From: an uncultured bacterium
Lineage (GTDB): Bacteria; Verrucomicrobiota; Kiritimatiellia; CAIKKV01; CAIYGI01
Reading direction: 5' to 3'
DNA length: 64,000 nt
NCBI GenBank assembly: GCA_903925685.1
Contig: CAIYGI010000112.1
Location: 1,784-65,783 of the forward strand
The notes under the pieces are model-generated. The model saw nothing but the letters and a program-made list of their open reading frames with translations, searched no databases and had not been told where the DNA came from. Numbering within the stretch: the first letter of the stretch is position 1; each line of letters starts with the position of its first letter. Below, piece after piece: positions 27,564 through 36,634 of this stretch. Both the position numbers and the translations under genes were made by a program.

Positions 27564-30500
27564 TCATGGATGTTCTCCGTTCTCCTGCACAATCCCGATT
27601 TCCTCATCTGTCAGGCCGTAAAGCGCGTAGACCAGACGGTCAACCTCGCGGTTCGCCGCGTGAATCTGGCGGTCAAGCGCTTCCTTGTCGGGCGGGGACT
27701 TCGCGACGGCAACCTGCTTACGCAAACTCATGATCTGGTCCACCAGGTTGTGGAGGATGGCAGATGCGCCTCCTGTCGGGATGGCGATGGGCATTTGTTC
27801 GATGTATTGCTTGTTAAGCGCGATGTACCCGCCGCGAAATGGTGTACTGATCGACCGAAGGAAACGGCTCAACAAACTCGAATTGAGTATCCCGAGTAGG
27901 CAGTAGTAGTCGATGGTTGCATCTTCGCGAAGCGTAATCCCGTAGCCGCCTCCTCCACCCCCGCCACTTCCGACAAAAAAGTAGCGTCCTTCAAGGTCCG
28001 GCGCAAAGCAACTGCCCGTCGCAATGGAAGGAACAAGCAACTTGGGAAGAGGCATTTTGGTGTGGTTCTTTTTGTAAACATATCCGTACCATTGCAGCCC
28101 CAGCTTGCCTTTGTTTCGCCCAGACAACCGCGCCTTGCATTCAGTTAGATAAGCCCAAGTCAGAGGAAATCGTTGAGCGTAAGCATCTGAAGGAATCAGC
28201 GCGGACTTTCCTGATCGAGTCTCATAAGGAAAGACAAGTAGTTTGGAAACATCAGACAAGAAGTAACGCCGAATATTGAGCGAACCCTTTAGAAATGGCT
28301 TCAAATGAGCGCTCTCGAACCAATGCTCTCGGCCAGTGTGCTTTGACGAGCAAAGGACTCTGCCTTTGTCACGTTTCGCTTCCTCAAGAATGAAGACATC
28401 GTCGGCATCTGTCTGAAGCCCGACAAATAGGTCGGCGATATCGCCAAGTTTTACCGGCCACTTATTGAGGGCGTTAAAGACCTTCGCCGTCGCTCCGACC
28501 GCGAAATTCCATTCTTTCGAGGTGATAACCCGGGCTGGGATGCGTCCCTCGGCTCCTGTCGTCGTGGTCTTTCTGCCTTTGGCGCGATACAATGCCGCCG
28601 CTTCATGGACAAGCATGGGAAACACATCTGTTCTCTTTCGACCTGCGGGTTCCAATTGTTCCATGCGCCATGCGTCAAGGTCATCAACCTTTACATAATG
28701 GCACTCATCTATGCCCGCTTTATGGAGGAATAGCAGGCACGTATAAGTCGTAGCCCCTGCGAACACCTGTTGATCTCCGAAATGAACGACGTGGGCAAGG
28801 TGTCTGCCGCCGGCAATGATCCCGCGCAAGGCTTCGCCGTACTGCGCATTGAAAAACTTGTGCGGCAAAATGAAGCCCAGCCGCCCGGATTTGTTCAAGA
28901 GACTCAGCGCCTTCTCGACGAAGACAACGTAAATGTCATAGTTCCCGGCCGCTGCCGACCGGTAGAGCGACTTGTAAAGCTCGACCTCGGCTGGCGCCCA
29001 TTCCTTCATCATCTGAATGCGGATGTACGGCGGATTGCCGATGATTGCATCGAAGCCTGGTAGAACGCGCTCGCCGAGCGGCGGTTTCGGCGAAACCGCC
29101 CTACCAAACACTTCTGGAAACGCTTGCGGCCCGTCGAAAACATTGATGCGGTAGCGGTCTTCCTCCGGGAGCAAGGAAAGTTGCTGGTGCCTGTAGGCAT
29201 CCGATCCGATAAGGGAGTTTCCGCATTTGATGTTGCTGCCGAGGTCCGGCAAGGCGCGTTGGTGGAACAGTTCAAACTGCTTCGTGATACTCTCTTGGGA
29301 TTCGCCTTCCAGCACTTTCAAGAGCAGCGAAAGTTTCGTCACCTCGACGGCTTGCGCGTCGATGTCCACGCCGAAAATGTTGTTGAGAAGGATTCGCTTT
29401 CTCTCGTCGGTGGTCAGGCGGAAGCAAGGTTTCAGGTGTCGGGTGTCAGGTGTCAGACCAATACCGGCGATTTCGTATAGACAAGGGTTCCGTCCTTTCA
29501 TCCAGGATCCTGGATCATGTTCGGTGTAGTACTGCAAATGCCAGTCCAGCAGTAACTGATAGGCGCCCAGCAGGAACGAGCCCGAACCGCAGGCCGGGTC
29601 GAGAATCTTCAACTTGGCCGCCTGCTTCGGCGTCCCTACTTCCAGTAATTTGCCGACCGTGTTCTTGACGATGTAATCCACGATATAGGTCGGGGTGTAA
29701 TAGACGCCACCCGCCTTGCGGACTTCCGGCTTTTCCTCAACCTTGGCCTGATGCCCGGCGGTCAGCCGGATTACCTTGCCTAGGAAGCGCTCGTAAACCT
29801 GGCCGAGAATGTCGGCGGACAAAACGGAAAACTCGTAGGGGCTTTCCGGGTAGTAGAGATTGGCGAGAATATCGTGCAAAACCTTGTCGTCAAGGTTCAA
29901 CTTCAGGGTCAACTCGTCCGGCGCTTCGGGCCGGTCCTTTTCGCGCTGAAAATGGAACAAACCAGAGTTGTAACGATCATCAGCCTGTTGGAAGAACTCG
30001 CAGAGCCGGGGGTAGACCCGCTCGCCGTTGCGAAGCGTCATCAGCCGCCCGTAAGGTTCAATGCCACGATCTTCACAGATACGCAGGAAGATGATCCTGT
30101 CAATGGTGCACTGAACGGAGAAGTTCAGTTCCCGTTGCGACAAGTCAGGATTCCGCAAAGCGATGGTCCGGGCGAGAAGGTCACGCCAGCGTTCAATTTC
30201 CTCAAGAAATGCCTCGTCCACACTGGTAGTTCCGTGCTTGCCTTTGGCGCCTTCGGCGAACTTGTCGAACGAGCCTTTCAGCACGGCTTCGCGGGAGAAG
30301 ATCGCGGCAATCTCGTCCCACTTCTCGGCGTACTGCCCGGAAGTCAGATACATGACGCGACCGACCGCCGCCGAATCGTTCTTGCAGGGTTTGACGCGGC
30401 AGTCATAGACGGCGAACTCACCGAAGTCAGTCAAGATGCTCAAAGGGAGTTTCGCCGACCAGCCATAACGCCGGAGTTGGTAAGCCGGGTGCGGGGAGTC

Positions 30501-30797
30501 TTTGATGTTCACGGACGGCTTCTTGCATTCGACAAAAAACTTACGCGCGCCGCCGATTCGGAAGCAAGAATCCGGGGCCTCCGTCGCGCCCCCGATCTTC
30601 AAGGCTTGCTCGTGAATCACGTCCTTGTAAGCTTCGGCGTAACCTTGCTCGTTGTGTACGTCCCAGCCCAGCGCTTTGAAAAACGGATCAATGAACTCGA
30701 CCCGGATTTCCGTCTCCTTGTACTGGCCGGACTCGTACGCTTCGCGTTGTGCGTCGTAGCGTTCAAGCAGCCGTTCGATCTCTTGCGGAACAGCCAT
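27564..30797 (-). CDS. Type IIG / PglX-like bifunctional restriction-modification enzyme (N-terminal nuclease-like region + gamma-class N6-adenine DNA methyltransferase + C-terminal specificity region)
   Basis: 1077 aa from MAVPQEIERLL, with GAGG at -12 and a TATAAT about 36 nt upstream. MTase motif I is DPACGSGSFLLGAY and motif IV is IIGNPPYIRIQ. The N-terminus (EIRVEFIDPFFKALGWDV) is typical of Type IIG/IIL and BREX PglX enzymes. The gene is visibly more AT-rich than its flanks. Confidence 0.8.
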   Translation of the reverse strand: MAVPQEIERLLERYDAQREAYESGQYKETEIRVEFIDPFFKALGWDVHNEQGYAEAYKDVIHEQALKIGGATEAPDSCFRIGGARKFFVECKKPSVNIKDSPHPAYQLRRYGWSAKLPLSILTDFGEFAVYDCRVKPCKNDSAAVGRVMYLTSGQYAEKWDEIAAIFSREAVLKGSFDKFAEGAKGKHGTTSVDEAFLEEIERWRDLLARTIALRNPDLSQRELNFSVQCTIDRIIFLRICEDRGIEPYGRLMTLRNGERVYPRLCEFFQQADDRYNSGLFHFQREKDRPEAPDELTLKLNLDDKVLHDILANLYYPESPYEFSVLSADILGQVYERFLGKVIRLTAGHQAKVEEKPEVRKAGGVYYTPTYIVDYIVKNTVGKLLEVGTPKQAAKLKILDPACGSGSFLLGAYQLLLDWHLQYYTEHDPGSWMKGRNPCLYEIAGIGLTPDTRHLKPCFRLTTDERKRILLNNIFGVDIDAQAVEVTKLSLLLKVLEGESQESITKQFELFHQRALPDLGSNIKCGNSLIGSDAYRHQQLSLLPEEDRYRINVFDGPQAFPEVFGRAVSPKPPLGERVLPGFDAIIGNPPYIRIQMMKEWAPAEVELYKSLYRSAAAGNYDIYVVFVEKALSLLNKSGRLGFILPHKFFNAQYGEALRGIIAGGRHLAHVVHFGDQQVFAGATTYTCLLFLHKAGIDECHYVKVDDLDAWRMEQLEPAGRKRTDVFPMLVHEAAALYRAKGRKTTTTGAEGRIPARVITSKEWNFAVGATAKVFNALNKWPVKLGDIADLFVGLQTDADDVFILEEAKRDKGRVLCSSKHTGREHWFESAHLKPFLKGSLNIRRYFLSDVSKLLVFPYETRSGKSALIPSDAYAQRFPLTWAYLTECKARLSGRNKGKLGLQWYGYVYKKNHTKMPLPKLLVPSIATGSCFAPDLEGRYFFVGSGGGGGGGYGITLREDATIDYYCLLGILNSSLLSRFLRSISTPFRGGYIALNKQYIEQMPIAIPTGGASAILHNLVDQIMSLRKQVAVAKSPPDKEALDRQIHAANREVDRLVYALYGLTDEEIGIVQENGEHP

Positions 30798-30835
30798 TTC
30801 TACCTCGTGAATCTGAAGGGGCATTATAACGCATA

Positions 30836-32092
30836 TTACTCGGGCAACCAGCCGCGGCGGATGGCGTCTTCGATCATGGCGGAGGCGAAGGCCCAGAGCG
30901 GCGCGGCGCCTTCTTCCATGTGGCGGTTGCGCGCCCGCACCTGGGCCGCCTTGACGCCGTGATCGCGCCAGGCCACGCCGCCGGTGGCGTAGTTGTGCAT
31001 GATCGGCTGCAGGCGGTCGAGCGCCGCCGCGAAACGGGCCTCGGGCGTTTCCCGCGCCTCGAACTCGTCCCACAGCGCCCGCATGGCAACGGCCTGATCC
31101 GGCGGCAGCATCGCAAACAAACGCGCCGCCGCCCGCTGTTCGCGAGCGGGCTTCTCGACGTTGCCGCGCTCGTCGTAGCAGTAGGTATCGCCCGCGTCGA
31201 TTTCCACGATGTCGTGGACCAGCGCCATGCGGATCACCCGCCCGAGGTCGAGTTGCACCGGCGCATGCTCCGACAGCAGCGCGGCCATCAGCGCCAGGTG
31301 CCAGGAATGCTCGGCGTCGTTCTCGTAACGTGAGCCGTCGGTCAGCCAGGTCCGGCGCACAATCTGCTTGAGCTTGTCCGCCTCGGCCACGAAGGCCATC
31401 TGCCGCGCCAGCCGCGCGTTGCCCGCCGCGGGCAGTTCCGCCGGCGGTTCCTCGACGGCCACGCCGCGGGCGCGTTCGATCCAGCGCAGCAGTTCGCGCG
31501 CCACGGCGCGCTTGCTGCCCAGCGGCAAGGGCTGCGGCGGCGCGCCCGGCGCCAGCAGCACCACGCGATTCGTGTCAACATCGAAGCCGGCGTCGGGCTG
31601 GGTCACATCGTTGGCGACCATCAGATCGAGGCCCTTCTCCGCCAGCTTGCGCGCCGCCTCTTCCAGCATGTGGTCGGTCTCCGCGGCAAAACCCACGAAA
31701 GTCCGCGCGCCTTTGAGGGGCTTGATCGTCTTGAGGATGTCCGGTGTGGCCTCCAGCTCGAACGCCGGATGCGCGCCGCCTTTTTTCCGTTTCACCGCCG
31801 CGCACTGCACCGGCCGCCAGTCGGCTACCGCCGCCGCCATCACCAACGCCTCGCAGGCCGGCAGCGCCGCCCGCACGGCGGACAGCATCTCCTCCGCCGA
31901 GGTTACCCGCAGCAGCGTCACGCCACCCGGCGCAAGCAGCGCCGTGGGCCCGGAGACCAGCGTCACGGCATGGCCGCGCCGCGCCGCCTCGGCGGCCACG
32001 GCGTAGCCCATCTTGCCGGACGAGCGGTTGCTCAGAAAACGCACGGGATCCCAGAATTCACGCGTCGGCCCGGCTGTGACAAGCAAATGCAT
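30836..32092 (-). CDS. coaB: phosphopantothenate-cysteine ligase (CoaB domain) fused to a C-terminal HD-domain phosphohydrolase (YfbR-like)
   Basis: The N-terminal about 225 aa (LLVTAGPTREFWDPVRFLSNRSSGKMGYAVAAEAARRGHAVTLVSGP...FVGFAAETDH...LDLMVANDV) are collinear with the CoaB half of E. coli Dfp. The C-terminal about 190 aa carry HD motifs (ENDAEHSWHLALMA, LVHDIVEIDAGDT). No CoaC flavoprotein domain is present. Confidence 0.75.
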   Translation of the reverse strand: MHLLVTAGPTREFWDPVRFLSNRSSGKMGYAVAAEAARRGHAVTLVSGPTALLAPGGVTLLRVTSAEEMLSAVRAALPACEALVMAAAVADWRPVQCAAVKRKKGGAHPAFELEATPDILKTIKPLKGARTFVGFAAETDHMLEEAARKLAEKGLDLMVANDVTQPDAGFDVDTNRVVLLAPGAPPQPLPLGSKRAVARELLRWIERARGVAVEEPPAELPAAGNARLARQMAFVAEADKLKQIVRRTWLTDGSRYENDAEHSWHLALMAALLSEHAPVQLDLGRVIRMALVHDIVEIDAGDTYCYDERGNVEKPAREQRAAARLFAMLPPDQAVAMRALWDEFEARETPEARFAAALDRLQPIMHNYATGGVAWRDHGVKAAQVRARNRHMEEGAAPLWAFASAMIEDAIRRGWLPE

Positions 32093-32139
32093 GGGATGTT
32101 ACTCGGGACAATCTTTGTATATGCAGTCAAGCGCGCCGT

Positions 32140-33045
32140 TCAGCTTTTTGCCCGACGTTTCATTTCGTCGTCCATGGCGGCGATCTTGGCGCGCACGACC
32201 GGTTCGGCCTCGTCGTAGATCGCGCGGATTTCCGGGTCGGTGAAGCGGTAGGTCCGCTCCTCGAAGCTGGTGGTCGAGAGTCGGTCGAAAAGCCGCTGCC
32301 GGGCCTGCGCCAGGTCCTTGCCGTAGATGTGGTAGGAGTCGGCGTGCCAAGTCAGCCGCGCCAGCCGCACCGGCCGTCCGCGGCGGCGCGCCACTTCGGC
32401 GGCCACAATCTGCTGGTTGAACTGGATGAAGCCGAACATGTTCATGAAGTTCGCGCCCCAGGCGTCGTTGCTGCGGAAGCGCACGTTGCAGTTGAGCCAG
32501 CCGGTGCCGGTCTCGTCGTCCATGATGCGATACCAAAGCGACTGCAGGCAGGGGGGATCGTAACAGTCGAGGTCGGTGTTCGGCATCCAGGTGATCATCT
32601 GCGCCTGCCGCGTAAATGGTTGCTGAACCAGCTTGGCGATCACCGCCTCGACTTGGTCAACCTTGAATGGTCCCGTTTCGACCTGCCCGCCGTCGCGCTT
32701 CTCGCGCCAGACGCCGTAATTCGCCAGCCGTCCGTGGTAGGTGTACTCCCAGCGAGTGTCGGCGGGATCGTTCTGGCACCTGACCCAGTGGTCCTTGACG
32801 CCCTGCAATTCCATCACATATTCGCGCAGGTCTTCGATGCCGCCGGGGAAGGCCTTGTGAATCATGGGCTCGGCCAGCGGGTCCTCGACGGTGATGTCCA
32901 TCGTCGCGTCCAGGCTCAGCGGATCGCCGGGCTTGTCGTATTGCGTGGCAAAGCGCCCGCCGTGTTCGTTGAGCGCCAGCAACGCCCGTTCGTAGGCCTG
33001 CGCCAGCGACTGTCCGCTCACATGCAAAACCGGTATGCTCTTCAT
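32140..33045 (-). CDS. divergent thymidylate-synthase-fold protein (ThyA-like)
   Basis: 301 aa. It aligns with E. coli ThyA: VDQVEAVIAKLVQQPFTRQ with IDQITTVLNQLKNDPDSRR, PPCLQSLWYRI with APCHAFFQFYV (catalytic Cys), CNVRFRSNDAWGANFMN with CQLYQRSCDVFLGLPFN (the Asp and Asn are conserved), and HADSYHIYGKD with TGGDTHLYSNH. The N-terminal third is divergent. Confidence 0.6.
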   Translation of the reverse strand: MKSIPVLHVSGQSLAQAYERALLALNEHGGRFATQYDKPGDPLSLDATMDITVEDPLAEPMIHKAFPGGIEDLREYVMELQGVKDHWVRCQNDPADTRWEYTYHGRLANYGVWREKRDGGQVETGPFKVDQVEAVIAKLVQQPFTRQAQMITWMPNTDLDCYDPPCLQSLWYRIMDDETGTGWLNCNVRFRSNDAWGANFMNMFGFIQFNQQIVAAEVARRRGRPVRLARLTWHADSYHIYGKDLAQARQRLFDRLSTTSFEERTYRFTDPEIRAIYDEAEPVVRAKIAAMDDEMKRRAKS

Positions 33046-34373
33046 GTTTGGTCTCCCTCTCCCGCCGCTTCCGCCAGCATTTGTTCCACCGCCGCCACGC
33101 TGCGCGCCAGGGCGCCGCGCTTTTTCGCAACCAGCTCCGCCGCGCGCGCGCCCAGCGCGGCGCGTTCCGCCGGATCGTCCAGCAACCGCCCCACCGACTC
33201 CGCCAGTTCACGCGCCGACGCCACACGCAGCAGCGCGCGCGCCGCATCGAACTCAAACGCGATTTCCGGAAAATTTTCCAGATGCGGTCCCGTCAATATC
33301 GCCTGGCGCTCGACCGCCGGTTCGATGATGTTCTGCCCGCCGATCTGCGTCAGGCTCTTGCCGACAAACACCACCGTCGCCGCCGCGTAGTATCCACGCA
33401 ACTCGCCGGTTGTGTCCACCAGCAGAATATCGGGCGCCGCCGCGCCGGCCCCGGCCTCCGGCCAGGCCGCCATCTCTTTCTTGCAGCGGACCGTAAACCC
33501 GGCGGCCGCGATCGAGCCCAGCACTTCCGCGCGACGTTCGGCGTGGCGCGGCACGAGCACCAGACGCAGCGCCGGAAACCGCGGCCGCAGCGCGCGCAAG
33601 GCGTCGAGCAGCGCCTGCTCCTCGCCGGCCCAGGTCGAGCCGCCCACCAGCACCGGCACGCCGGCCGGCCAGCCCAGGCGCGCCAACGACGCGCGCGCGG
33701 CGGCAACGGCGGCGGGAGTCACGGGCGCAAGATCGTATTTGAGCGATCCCGCCAGCACGACGCGCCCCGCGGGGACGCCGAGGTCGCGCCAGCGCGCCGC
33801 ATCGTCCGCCGTCTGCACCAGGATCAGCCGCAACCCCTCCGCCGCGCGCCGCACGAAGGAACGCAGCCAGCGGTAGCCGCGATGCGAGCGGGCGGAGATG
33901 CGGCCGTTGACGATGGCCACGGGTATCCCGCGCGCCGCGCACTGGCGCAGCATGTTCGGCCAAAACTCGCCCTCGGTGAGAATCAGGGCCGCGGGTCGGA
34001 TCGCGTCGAGCGCCCGCCGCACGACTGCCGGAAAGTCTGCCGGGTAGTAGATCAGCACATCGCCCGCTTCCACGATTTCTTCGGCCGTGCGATGGCCGGT
34101 GGAACTGGTCGTGCTGAGCACGAAGGATGAAGCGGGATGGCGCATGCGCCAGGCGTTCATGAACTGCTTGGCGACGAAGACTTCGCCCACACTCACGGCA
34201 TGGATCCAAATCCGCCGCCGCGATCCGAGAGCCGCGCGCACGTCGGGCGCGTAATGCCCGAGACGCTGACCGAAGTCCCGACGATAACCGCCGCGCCGCC
34301 GCATGTGCAGCAGGAACTTGGGCAGCATCAACAGATACGCGAACGTAAACAGCAGGTTATAGACGAACCACAT
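33042..34373 (-). CDS. waaA: 3-deoxy-D-manno-octulosonic acid (Kdo) transferase
   Basis: The start is at the internal ATG 34373 (MWFVYNLLFTFAYLLMLP...RGGYRRDFGQRLG). The GT30 family body matches WaaA. The stop overlaps the ThyA-like start by 4 nt. Confidence 0.8.
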   Translation of the reverse strand: MWFVYNLLFTFAYLLMLPKFLLHMRRRGGYRRDFGQRLGHYAPDVRAALGSRRRIWIHAVSVGEVFVAKQFMNAWRMRHPASSFVLSTTSSTGHRTAEEIVEAGDVLIYYPADFPAVVRRALDAIRPAALILTEGEFWPNMLRQCAARGIPVAIVNGRISARSHRGYRWLRSFVRRAAEGLRLILVQTADDAARWRDLGVPAGRVVLAGSLKYDLAPVTPAAVAAARASLARLGWPAGVPVLVGGSTWAGEEQALLDALRALRPRFPALRLVLVPRHAERRAEVLGSIAAAGFTVRCKKEMAAWPEAGAGAAAPDILLVDTTGELRGYYAAATVVFVGKSLTQIGGQNIIEPAVERQAILTGPHLENFPEIAFEFDAARALLRVASARELAESVGRLLDDPAERAALGARAAELVAKKRGALARSVAAVEQMLAEAAGEGDQT

Positions 34374-34461
34374 GTCGCTGCTTCCCAAAGCGGCGTTCCG
34401 AAACACTCCGCCTGATTTTTTCGATGACTGTCCGGCTTGCGCCGGACGGCAATGCCGCAGG

Positions 34462-35193
34462 CTAAATCCCCGTGGCCAGACGGACCGCCAACCGCTCGGG
34501 CAAACCGGCGGCCCGGATATGCCGCTGGGCGCTGGCGACATCGTAGACCACGCGCCGTAATTCCACCACGCGCCCCGCCAGATCGTAAAGTCCGTACGAG
34601 GCCCGCGGATCTCCGTCGCGAGGCTGCCCGACACTGCCCACATTGATGAAATACTTTTTGCCGAGGGTGATGATCACCCGCAGCGTGTTGAGCCGCGCAA
34701 CCGTGCCGCTTTTTTCGAAAATCACCGGCTGGTGCGTATGGCCGTGGAAACACACCGAGGTGCTCTGATAACTGAAGCTGGATTCGGCTTCCAACTCGTC
34801 GAACACATAGCCCCACTTCTCGGGCATGTCGAGCGTGCTGTGAACCAGCAGGAAACCGTTCACCATGCGTTTCATGCTCAATGCGCGCAGGAAGGCGATG
34901 TTGTCCTCGCCGATCTGCATCCGGGTCCAGTCCACGACATTGGCCGCCAAGGGGTGGAAATCGCGCGCCAATTCGTCGTGCGCCACATAGTGATCGTGAT
35001 TGCCGCGCACGCATATCACGCCCAATTCCCGCACGCGTTGCAGGGTTTCCGCCGGGTTGGCGTTGTATCCCACCAGATCGCCGACGCACACGTAATCGGT
35101 CGCCCCCTGCTCCTTGGCATCCGCCAATACCGCGGTCAGTGCCTCCAAATTTCCGTGAATATCTCCTAATATCGCGTATCGCTTCCCCGCCAT
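34462..35193 (-). CDS. metallophosphoesterase (calcineurin-like, YfcE/MJ0936 family)
   Basis: AILGDIHGN, VCVGDLVGYN, GNHD and GHTH motifs. Confidence 0.8.
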   Translation of the reverse strand: MAGKRYAILGDIHGNLEALTAVLADAKEQGATDYVCVGDLVGYNANPAETLQRVRELGVICVRGNHDHYVAHDELARDFHPLAANVVDWTRMQIGEDNIAFLRALSMKRMVNGFLLVHSTLDMPEKWGYVFDELEAESSFSYQSTSVCFHGHTHQPVIFEKSGTVARLNTLRVIITLGKKYFINVGSVGQPRDGDPRASYGLYDLAGRVVELRRVVYDVASAQRHIRAAGLPERLAVRLATGI

Positions 35194-35212
35194 GAAAAAC
35201 TCACGCCCCTTC

Positions 35213-35890
35213 CTAAACCTTCAAAATGGCCGCCGCGACGGCCAGATCCTCCGAAAAGGTGATTTTGATGTTAGCCCAGCTCGAAGGCACCAGGTGTACC
35301 GCCTCGCCGGACCGCTCGATCAATGAGGCCTCGTCCGTCATCGCCGCCAGGCGCTTGTCCAGCGCCAGATAGGCTTTCCTCAATGCCTTGCAGTAAAATG
35401 TCTGCGGCGTCTGCACCGCCCAGAGCTTGCTGCGGTCCACCGTGCGCGCCACCAGGGTGCCGTGTTCAACTTCCTTGAGCGTATCGACCACCTTGACCGC
35501 CGCCACCCCCGAACCGCTGCGTTTGGCAGACTGCACCGTCTTGGCGATCAATTCCGGCGTCACACACGGACGGCTCCCGTCATGCACCGCCACCAGCAGC
35601 ACATCGTCCCCCAGCGCTTCGAGCCCGAGCAGCACCGACGCCTGGCGAGTTGCGCCGCCGGCCACCACCTTTGCCACCTTGGACAAACCGAACATCCGCA
35701 CCAGCCCGATCGCCGATTCGACGCGTTCCTTGCGCACCACCACAACCACCCGGTTGATCTCCGGGCACTTCTCGAAGGCAAGCAGCGACCACGCCAGGAC
35801 GGGACGTCCGCCCAGCGACAAAAAGGCCTTGTCGACACCAGCCCCCATCCGTTCGCTTTTGCCAGCAGCTACAATCACAGCGCCTACCAT
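35213..35890 (-). CDS. ispD: 2-C-methyl-D-erythritol 4-phosphate cytidylyltransferase
   Basis: 225 aa: AVIVAAGKSERMG, VVVVV, HDGSRP, VQTPQTF. Confidence 0.9.
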   Translation of the reverse strand: MVGAVIVAAGKSERMGAGVDKAFLSLGGRPVLAWSLLAFEKCPEINRVVVVVRKERVESAIGLVRMFGLSKVAKVVAGGATRQASVLLGLEALGDDVLLVAVHDGSRPCVTPELIAKTVQSAKRSGSGVAAVKVVDTLKEVEHGTLVARTVDRSKLWAVQTPQTFYCKALRKAYLALDKRLAAMTDEASLIERSGEAVHLVPSSWANIKITFSEDLAVAAAILKV

Positions 35891-36017
35891 GGGCGTCTCC
35901 CGGGCCGTACGAATTGCGCGATGAAACCCGATCCGTTTTCACGTTTGGCCTTAACGTACGAACCCTAAGGAACTTTGTACTCGCTGTCAGGCATCGGGTC
36001 AAGCTAGAATTCAAAAC

Positions 36018-36620
36018 ATGCCCTTGATTCTGGCCTCTCAGTCCACCGCGCGCGCGGCGTTGCTAACCGCCGCCGGCTATGCGTTCGTCCAGGAAGCGTC
36101 GGGGGGTTTGGAGCCGCCCGCCGCTCCCGGCGAGTCTTGGGAAACCCATCTGCAAACCCTGGCCGCGGCCAAGGCCCGAGCCGTGGCCGCCCGCCATTCC
36201 AATGACTGGGTGCTGGGCGCCGACACGGCGCTCTGGTTCGAAGGCGCCTGTCTTGGCAAGGCCGCCACCGCCGCCGCGGCCGAGGCCATGTTGATCCGGC
36301 TGGCCGGGCGCAAGCACACCATCGCCACGGCTGTCTGCCTGATCGCCCCCGCCGCGAAAGGCTCCGTCGCGCGCGCGCGGCGCCAGGGAATCGCCCGCGC
36401 CACGATCGAGTTGCGCGCCTGGTGCCCGTCCAAAATCCACCGCTATGTTTCCGCCGCGCGCCCGTTCGACTGCGCCGGCGCCTACGCCCTGCAGGGCGGC
36501 GGAGCATCCATCGTCGCCGCCATCCGCGGCGATCCCTCCACCGTCATCGGCCTGCCGCTCACGCTCGTCGAACGCCTCCTGCAGGAGGCGGGCTTCCCGC
36601 GCGACATGACAATCGCCTGA
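36018..36620 (+). CDS. maf: Maf-like nucleoside triphosphate pyrophosphatase
   Basis: The N-terminus LILASQSTARAALL and the length (200 aa) match the Maf/YhdE family. Confidence 0.7.
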   Translation: MPLILASQSTARAALLTAAGYAFVQEASGGLEPPAAPGESWETHLQTLAAAKARAVAARHSNDWVLGADTALWFEGACLGKAATAAAAEAMLIRLAGRKHTIATAVCLIAPAAKGSVARARRQGIARATIELRAWCPSKIHRYVSAARPFDCAGAYALQGGGASIVAAIRGDPSTVIGLPLTLVERLLQEAGFPRDMTIA

Positions 36621-36634
36621 CACTGAACACCCCA

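Noticed and set aside
27950-28000. Run of seven glycines (FFVGSGGGGGGGYGI) in the RM enzyme as a possible homopolymeric phase-variation tract.
   Set aside because: The nucleotide sequence uses mixed GGN codons (ggaagtggcgggggtggaggaggcggctac), not a mononucleotide run. It is not an obvious slipped-strand site.
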